Below are positions 26,920 to 32,000 of a stretch of 32,000 nt of DNA, in pieces. Below the pieces are notes generated by a model. The model made no database searches and had not been told where the DNA came from. It saw only the letters and a program-made list of their open reading frames with translations. Numbering within the stretch: position 1 is the stretch's first letter; each line of letters opens with the position of its first letter. The stretch lies in assembly GCA_963704755.1 (NCBI GenBank), contig OY969938.1, positions 4,260,001 to 4,292,000 of the forward strand. Reading direction: 5' to 3'. Made by a program: the position numbers and the translations under genes. The stretch comes from an uncultured Chloroflexia bacterium. GTDB lineage: Bacteria; Chloroflexota; Anaerolineae; Anaerolineales; Anaerolineaceae.

Positions 26920-27576
26920 AAATTGTGCCCCTCTTTATAACCTTTTCAAAAAAAGTCAGTCCTTGCAACCGCAGCGGTTTTTGCTGCCCGTGGCATTCCC
27001 AGAGCTGTATTTGCCAAAGGCACAAAGTCCTGGTGCGCAGCATACCCCTTGGGCGAACCGGACAGGACTCGCGACGACAATAGATTTGGCCAAAGTTAAA
27101 TTAATTTGAGAAAGCCCAAATCTTTCCCTAAATTAAAATAGGCAACATTAAGTTTGTTATAAACTCAATGATGGCTGCCTTCATTTTGAAGACCAAAATA
27201 TCTCCCCGATGGCTTTCAAAATGTCTGAAGCGTAATTTGAAGGCTTGTTTTCAACCTTTATTGTATTTTCGTCACTTCAGCGGATATAACTCCTTTGTAT
27301 CACGTCTGAGGCTCTTGACGGCATAACCTTGGTATGCTCCTCGCTATCGAAATAATTGCGATGGATTCAATCCCACAAGCATTTCGATTCGGGGTACCCA
27401 AAGCCCGAGTAGTTACTGTAACTCTTGGAATTCAACCAAATAAGAGCCCAAAGAATTACGTGCATAGTATTATCACGAAAACCTGATTCGGGGCAAGGGA
27501 TTCATATTGATTGAACCAAACCAAAATTTAAATTTGCCTCTCGCGCTTCTTCCGATTTGCTAGCGGTTACATAATC

Positions 27577-27692
27577 TAACGTCGATTCGGAATAAGAGTT
27601 TTTGAGTGTGTTTTTATTTGTGGCAGCGCAGCCGCCACAAATAAAAACACACTCAAATTACCTCTCTTTTCTTTTATCCCGAATTCACGTTA
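27577..27692. mobile_element. 116-bp palindromic MITE-like element, copy 2 (inverted relative to copy 1)
   Basis: TAacgtcgattcggaataagag...cttttatcccgaattcacgtTA, with core hairpin tttgagtgtgtttttatttgtggc..gccacaaataaaaacacactcaaa. The arm carrying the extra attacctctcttttc segment is on the right here and on the left in copy 1. Confidence 0.7.
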
Positions 27693-27787
27693 ATCTACTC
27701 TTTAAAAAATCTGCTAATTTCCCGAATTCAATATAATCAAATAACCATGCATTGGCCCTTTCCAGATACTATATAAGGAGTTTCCCC

Positions 27788-28300
27788 ATGCCCAAGCGCA
27801 CATTCACCATTGACCAGGTCCTGACCATGCTCAGCGGGATGCCTGGGCAGATTGCCACGCTGACCGCCGGCCTGACGCCGGCGCAACTGCGGGCTGCACC
27901 CGAACCAGGGGAGTGGTCGGCCGACGAGGTGCTGGCTCACCTGCGGGCATGCTCCGATGTGTGGGGCGACTGCATCCGCACGATCCTGGCCGAGGATATG
28001 CCGACCATCCGGGCGATCAACCCCAGGTCCTGGATCAAGCGGACCGATTATCGCGAACAGGAATTTCACCCCTCATTGCAGGCCTTTAAGGCCCAACGGA
28101 CCGAATTGCTGGCGGTGTTAAGACCATTAACACCAGAGGCCTGGTCCCGTATGGCGCTTGTGACCGGGGCGGGCCGTCCGCTGGAACGGACAGTGTATTT
28201 TTATGCGCAATGGCTTGCCCGCCATGAACACACCCATATCCGGCAATTTAAAAAAATTATAAAAACGATGAGTACCCGGGTACAGCCAACATCGCCCTGA
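27788..28300 (+). CDS. DinB-family (DinB_2-like) protein
   Basis: Four-helix-bundle pattern with His residues (EWSADEVLAHLRA..., WLARHEHTHIRQ). ATG 27788 has AAGGAG 7 nt upstream. Confidence 0.65.
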   Translation: MPKRTFTIDQVLTMLSGMPGQIATLTAGLTPAQLRAAPEPGEWSADEVLAHLRACSDVWGDCIRTILAEDMPTIRAINPRSWIKRTDYREQEFHPSLQAFKAQRTELLAVLRPLTPEAWSRMALVTGAGRPLERTVYFYAQWLARHEHTHIRQFKKIIKTMSTRVQPTSP

Positions 28301-28421
28301 TTCCAAACAGGTAACCATGAAAAGGTGTGGTTGGTTATAGAACCTGCTCGAAATTTTCTTGGGTGGGTTTGTTTCGCAAACAAAGTCTCCCAAAACAGAA
28401 TGTCTAGACAGCCTCTAAAAA

Positions 28422-28430
28422 TGCTATAAT
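28422..28430 (+). promoter_or_regulatory. possible extended -10 promoter (TGcTATAAT) upstream of the retropepsin-like gene
   Basis: aaaaaTGcTATAATctt, about 150 nt upstream of ATG 28581. Confidence 0.3.
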
Positions 28431-28580
28431 CTTAACAGGCCTATTTGTTTTCGATCTGCCTCTCTATTTAAATCAAAATTTATCGTTGCTACCTGACCTG
28501 GCAAGCCTGAGCTTTGTTCACAGGCGGTGCTTTATTTATTGCGCTGGGGGCAAAGCGCACCTTTAGGGAAAGGTGAAGCG

Positions 28581-29369
28581 ATGAAACGGGCTTTCATCTT
28601 CAATAAGAACAGGATTTTTGCACCTGTTCGCGTGGGTCAACTGGACGGGTATGCCTATATCGACACCGGCACCCGCGTTTCCAGTATTCTTCAATCGTAT
28701 GCGTATCCGTACCAACCGGTAACCCCGCGGACTTTCGAGGGCGGTTTCGCCACGGCCACGGTCGCGCAGGTCCGCCTGAATGAGGTCTATTTTCTTGGGG
28801 AGGCCTTTGGCGACCTGGTGGTGGACGTCCAACCCGATTCGGTAGGGGGCCTGGGGGCGCTGCCCTTCCGGGTAGTGATGGCATTGGGCTGCGACGTGCT
28901 CTTACGCAAGCCGCTCTTCCTGAATTTCATGTCCCACGAAATGACCTATCTCAACGACAATGGGGCAGTCACTGACGCCATCGTTTATTTGGAGACGGAT
29001 TTCAGCCTCGACCTGCCGCTCTTCGAGATCATGCTGGGCTGTCACCGGCTGAAAGCCGTGTTCGATACGGGTACCGCCATGTGTCTGCTCAACCGGAGTC
29101 AGTTCGCATCCCTGCATGAAGAAGCTTGTGTAGATGAGATGGTGAAGGTAGTGGATAACACCGGCGCCGAATATTTGCTGTCCACCTATAAATGCCGCAG
29201 CTTGTGCCTGTCCGGCTGGTCGCTGGGTAAATGCCAGTTCGTGTTGAGCGATTTGAGCCCACTCGAAGCGAAAGTCGGCCTGCCGGTGGATTTTGTGTTC
29301 GGTGTGAATGCGATCAAGCGGCGCTGCTGGGTGATGAAAAGCCAGCGCGGGTTTATCGAGATACGCTAA
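28581..29369 (+). CDS. single-chain protein with two retropepsin-like aspartic-protease half-domains (two DTG motifs)
   Basis: AYIDTGTRVS (N-terminal half) with a later MALGCDVLL, and AVFDTGTAMCLL (C-terminal half) with a later FVFGVNAI. Each half is about 130 aa. No signal peptide. Start moved to ATG 28581. Confidence 0.55.
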   Translation: MKRAFIFNKNRIFAPVRVGQLDGYAYIDTGTRVSSILQSYAYPYQPVTPRTFEGGFATATVAQVRLNEVYFLGEAFGDLVVDVQPDSVGGLGALPFRVVMALGCDVLLRKPLFLNFMSHEMTYLNDNGAVTDAIVYLETDFSLDLPLFEIMLGCHRLKAVFDTGTAMCLLNRSQFASLHEEACVDEMVKVVDNTGAEYLLSTYKCRSLCLSGWSLGKCQFVLSDLSPLEAKVGLPVDFVFGVNAIKRRCWVMKSQRGFIEIR

Positions 29370-29408
29370 TCCTGGTATACAATTGCGGAGGAGGCGTAGA
29401 TTGTATAC

Positions 29409-29950
29409 ATGGAGATTTTTAGCGATCCCTGGTTCTGGGCTTTTCTCGCAGCAACCGGTTGGGCGGCCTGCTTTGGCATAGTCGGCACCCGGACTCTGGA
29501 CGCAAGCTGGGGTTTGGCGTACCGGCTTTCATTCTGGCCGAACTTCCGCGGATTATCCTGCCGCTGCCATTTGTGACCCAGCCGCGGATTGGGCTAAGTC
29601 CTGCCTTACTGGCGACCGTGGGCGGGGTTATTTTCCTGGGCAGCCTGTACTTTGGTACACCGGTCTTGCGCATCGTGCCCTTAACCGGGCCAAATCATCG
29701 GGAGACATTGCGCACCGATGGCCTTTATGCGATTATCCGCCACCCGCTGATGTTGTGTGATATCCTCTGGCCGTTAGGTTGGTCACTCATATTTGGTTCC
29801 TTGATCGGCGTTGCCCTAACGCCTGCCTGGCTGTTGCTGATTTGGGTCCTGACCCACGTCGAAGAGGAAGCGCTGCTCCAGGAATATGGAGATGTATACC
29901 GGGCATATCAGGCCCGGGTCCCACGCCTGATCGGGTGGATCAAAAAGTAA
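29409..29950 (+). CDS. isoprenylcysteine carboxyl methyltransferase (ICMT/PEMT)-family membrane protein, N-terminus possibly shifted by a 1-nt indel
   Basis: LRTDGLYAIIRHPLM...THVEEEALLQEYGDVYRAYQARVPR is the ICMT-family core (track ORF 29459..29950). A TM-like MEIFSDPWFWAFLAATGWAACFGIVG reads from ATG 29409 in the adjacent frame. Confidence 0.6.
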
Positions 29951-29959
29951 GTCGAGGTT

Positions 29960-30562
29960 TCAGTCGGGCTGCTTTGCCGCTGAGGGTGAATGGGGAGAGT
30001 CGCTGGCGTCCTGGCGAAAATCGTAACGCATAACCGGGCGGGGCGGCGTATAGCGGGCGACGACCTTGAAGCCGGCTCGCTCAAAGGTGGTCGCATAGCC
30101 TGTGCCGGATGCGCTGGGCGTCAAGGCCGCATCCAGGGGATAGGCTTCCAGGGCAGGGGCGCCGGCGCGCCTGGCGGCGTCTATGGCGGCGAGGATCAAA
30201 GCAGAGGTGATGCCTTGTTTGCGATAGCCTTTGCGGATATAGAAGCATGAAATCGACCAGACCGGCGCATCGTCCACGCGCCGGAGCCGCCAGGTTTGGT
30301 CCAGCCAGGGTAAGTCGTCGCGTGGGGTAAGCTGGCACCAGCCTACGGCCCGGCCGGCCTTAAGGGCCAGCAAACCCGGCGGCGGGCCGGCATTGACCAG
30401 ATCCTGAAAGTCCGCCTTGTTCAACTCGCGCGGGCGACGGCGGTATTTATTCCCGATGCGCCAATACATGCACCAGCAGCGGCTGACCGGTCCTCCCGCG
30501 CTGAAAAGCTCTTCTAGCGCAGGCCACAAGTCAGGGGTGAGAGGCTGGATGGTGAGTTTCAT
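29960..30562 (-). CDS. GNAT-family N-acetyltransferase
   Basis: ISCFYIRKGYRKQGITSALILAAIDAARRAGAPALEAYP matches the acetyl-CoA-binding motif A (Q/RxxGxG/A type). Confidence 0.75.
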   Translation of the reverse strand: MKLTIQPLTPDLWPALEELFSAGGPVSRCWCMYWRIGNKYRRRPRELNKADFQDLVNAGPPPGLLALKAGRAVGWCQLTPRDDLPWLDQTWRLRRVDDAPVWSISCFYIRKGYRKQGITSALILAAIDAARRAGAPALEAYPLDAALTPSASGTGYATTFERAGFKVVARYTPPRPVMRYDFRQDASDSPHSPSAAKQPD

Positions 30563-30779
30563 TTAATTTCCCGGAATTTTTGTAATACGGCAATTTAACG
30601 GTATATTAAAGTAAGTACGGGAACGATTTATTAGCGAATTCAGGGGCGCCTTTCCTGTCTTTCCAGCGTTATTCTACCAAGAAGAAGACACCCGGTGCAT
30701 TTATTGGATGATGCACCACGATCACACCAGGACGAAAATTTGCCTGCCCAGGAGATTATCCTTTCTGAATTGAGGCCTC

Positions 30780-31835
30780 ATGCACAGAATTAAAATCAAG
30801 CCGGAGCGGATCGAAGATCTGCCCAGGCGGATCGGTATCCTCTACAGCGATGTGCGCCGCGAATATTTTGCGACCGAGGCACAATACATCACCGAGAAAG
30901 ACGCGGACAAAGACGCCGAACTGATCGGAAAATACCTGGAGGCCTTGGACGTAGCGGTGTTTTTGTACGCCGGCAGCGCCGATTTACCCTCCCTTCTGGA
31001 CCACGACCGCCCCGACGTGGTTTTAAACCTGGTCGATTCGGTCAAGGGCGATGAAAGCCTGTCTTCGGCCATTCCGGGCGTGTTGGAACTGCTGGGTGTA
31101 CCGTACACCGGCGCCGACATCCTGGGGCTGTCGCTGGATACCAACAAGTTTCTGGTCAAGAAACTGCTCCAGCAAAACGGGATTCCGGTACCGCAGTACC
31201 AGCTCTTCAACAGCCCCAGCGATTATATCGATCCGACTTTGCGCTACCCGCTTATCTCCAAATTGAACTCGATCCACGGAGCCGTGGAAATTACCGCCGA
31301 TGCGATATCCGAAAACGAGAAGCATTTACGCGACCGGCTCAAATTCCTGATCCAGACCTACAAACAACCCGTGCTGGTGGAAGAGTTCATCGCCGGGCAG
31401 GAAATCACGGCCATTTTGCTGGAGGGCATGATCAAAAAGGTTTACCTGGCCGAACGGGTCTTTATCAAACCGGAAGAGAAATACGTATACACTACCTTCG
31501 AGGATCAGTGGCTGCTGCCCGGTAGTACAACCTTCCGTTACGATAAATTCGACGACCCGATCCTGAAAGAATACGTCAAAAAAGCCTTTGAAGTCACCAA
31601 TATGTACGATTATGGCAAGTTTGACGTCCGTCTCGACCAATCCGGCCGTTATTTCTTTATCGATACCAACTGCAACCCGGCTTTCGGCCCCAAAGAACTG
31701 GACATGGCCTTGTCTGTGATCCTGGATATGTATGGCATCCCTTTTCCGGAAATCCTGAAACGCCTGTTGTTGAATACCGTCCGGGATGCCGTGGGTCGAG
31801 AGCGGCTGCCGTTGCCGGCAGAGGATGAGGCCTAG
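30780..31835 (+). CDS. ATP-grasp enzyme of the D-alanine--D-alanine ligase family (substrate unknown)
   Basis: Ddl-like layout: a pre-ATP-grasp N-domain (VLNLVDS...GVPYTGA), NKFLVKKLLQQNGIPVP, VEEFIAGQEIT, and a C-terminal FFIDTNCNPAFG (Mg/ATP site). Confidence 0.65.
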   Translation: MHRIKIKPERIEDLPRRIGILYSDVRREYFATEAQYITEKDADKDAELIGKYLEALDVAVFLYAGSADLPSLLDHDRPDVVLNLVDSVKGDESLSSAIPGVLELLGVPYTGADILGLSLDTNKFLVKKLLQQNGIPVPQYQLFNSPSDYIDPTLRYPLISKLNSIHGAVEITADAISENEKHLRDRLKFLIQTYKQPVLVEEFIAGQEITAILLEGMIKKVYLAERVFIKPEEKYVYTTFEDQWLLPGSTTFRYDKFDDPILKEYVKKAFEVTNMYDYGKFDVRLDQSGRYFFIDTNCNPAFGPKELDMALSVILDMYGIPFPEILKRLLLNTVRDAVGRERLPLPAEDEA

Positions 31836-31838
31836 CCG

Positions 31839-32000
31839 TTATTTCGGCGGGTTGGCGCTCTGTGAGATCGACAGGATGTTGCCTTCACTGTCTTTGAACC
31901 AGGCGCCTTTTTCATCGCCCATCACAGCAACCCCATTTACGGTTTTCAACCCGGGAAAATCATATTCCTCGAAAACAACACCGCGGCTGCGCAGGTCTTG
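31839..32000 (-). CDS. VOC/glyoxalase-fold protein, C-terminal fragment (5' end off window)
   Basis: Own minus-strand translation: ...QDLRSRGVVFEEYDFPGLKTVNGVAVMGDEKGAWFKDSEGNILSISQSANPPK, with a stop at 31839-31841. Confidence 0.55.
   Translation of the reverse strand, partial: QDLRSRGVVFEEYDFPGLKTVNGVAVMGDEKGAWFKDSEGNILSISQSANPPK

Noticed and set aside
27361-27385. ggaTTCAATCCCACaagc, resembling the tRNA T-arm (GGTTCGATCCCTAC), as a candidate attR for the islet.
   Set aside because: Only about 11 of 13 positions match. The flanking acceptor-stem sequence is absent, and T-loop-like strings are common. It is noted as a place to look, not a call.
27100-27570. Short broken minus-strand frames (for example MHVILWALIWLNSKSYSNYSGFGYPESKCLWD and HFESHRGDILVFKMKAAIIEFITNL) as possible gene remnants or a toxin-antitoxin pair.
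   Set aside because: There are multiple stops in all frames, no recognisable motifs and no start context. It is best treated as decayed noncoding DNA of the islet.

Overview
This is 32 kb of a moderately GC-rich bacterial chromosome. Gene content and synteny (pth-mfd, a YtxH/DUF948 pair, an orphan MsmK-type ATPase, DinB/mycothiol-type proteins) suggest a Terrabacteria lineage such as Chloroflexota, which cannot be verified here. Most of the window is housekeeping: a partial ABC exporter, Fpg/Nei glycosylase, two tandem AlaDH/PNT-family paralogs, a sugar-ABC ATPase, a DUF1461 protein with a fused membrane/spermidine-synthase-like protein, Nnr, pth, mfd, an OmpR/HK pair and uvrB. From about 22.7 kb onward the region looks accessory. 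It holds a MITE-like element, a YcxB-like gene and a tRNA(CAT) preceded by three tandem 105-bp pseudo-copies of its own 5' part. After the tRNA come a tyrosine-integrase fragment, an AT-rich islet with a GT-C-like membrane protein, and a second MITE copy. These are followed by DinB, a single-chain double-DTG retropepsin-like protein, ICMT-like, GNAT, Ddl-like ATP-grasp and a partial VOC protein. I see no recognisable defence system, CRISPR array or rRNA. Three points stand out. (1) The tRNA-derived tandem array is the most unusual structure. (2) A family of long GTGTTTTT-type hairpin repeats includes TA-flanked 116-bp palindromic elements and GAA-looped perfect palindromes. (3) At least four well-supported and three probable 1-nt frameshifts split otherwise intact genes, several at short homopolymers. 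That pattern points to assembly indel errors rather than biology until checked against reads. All calls come from reading translations and motifs by eye; no searches were run.
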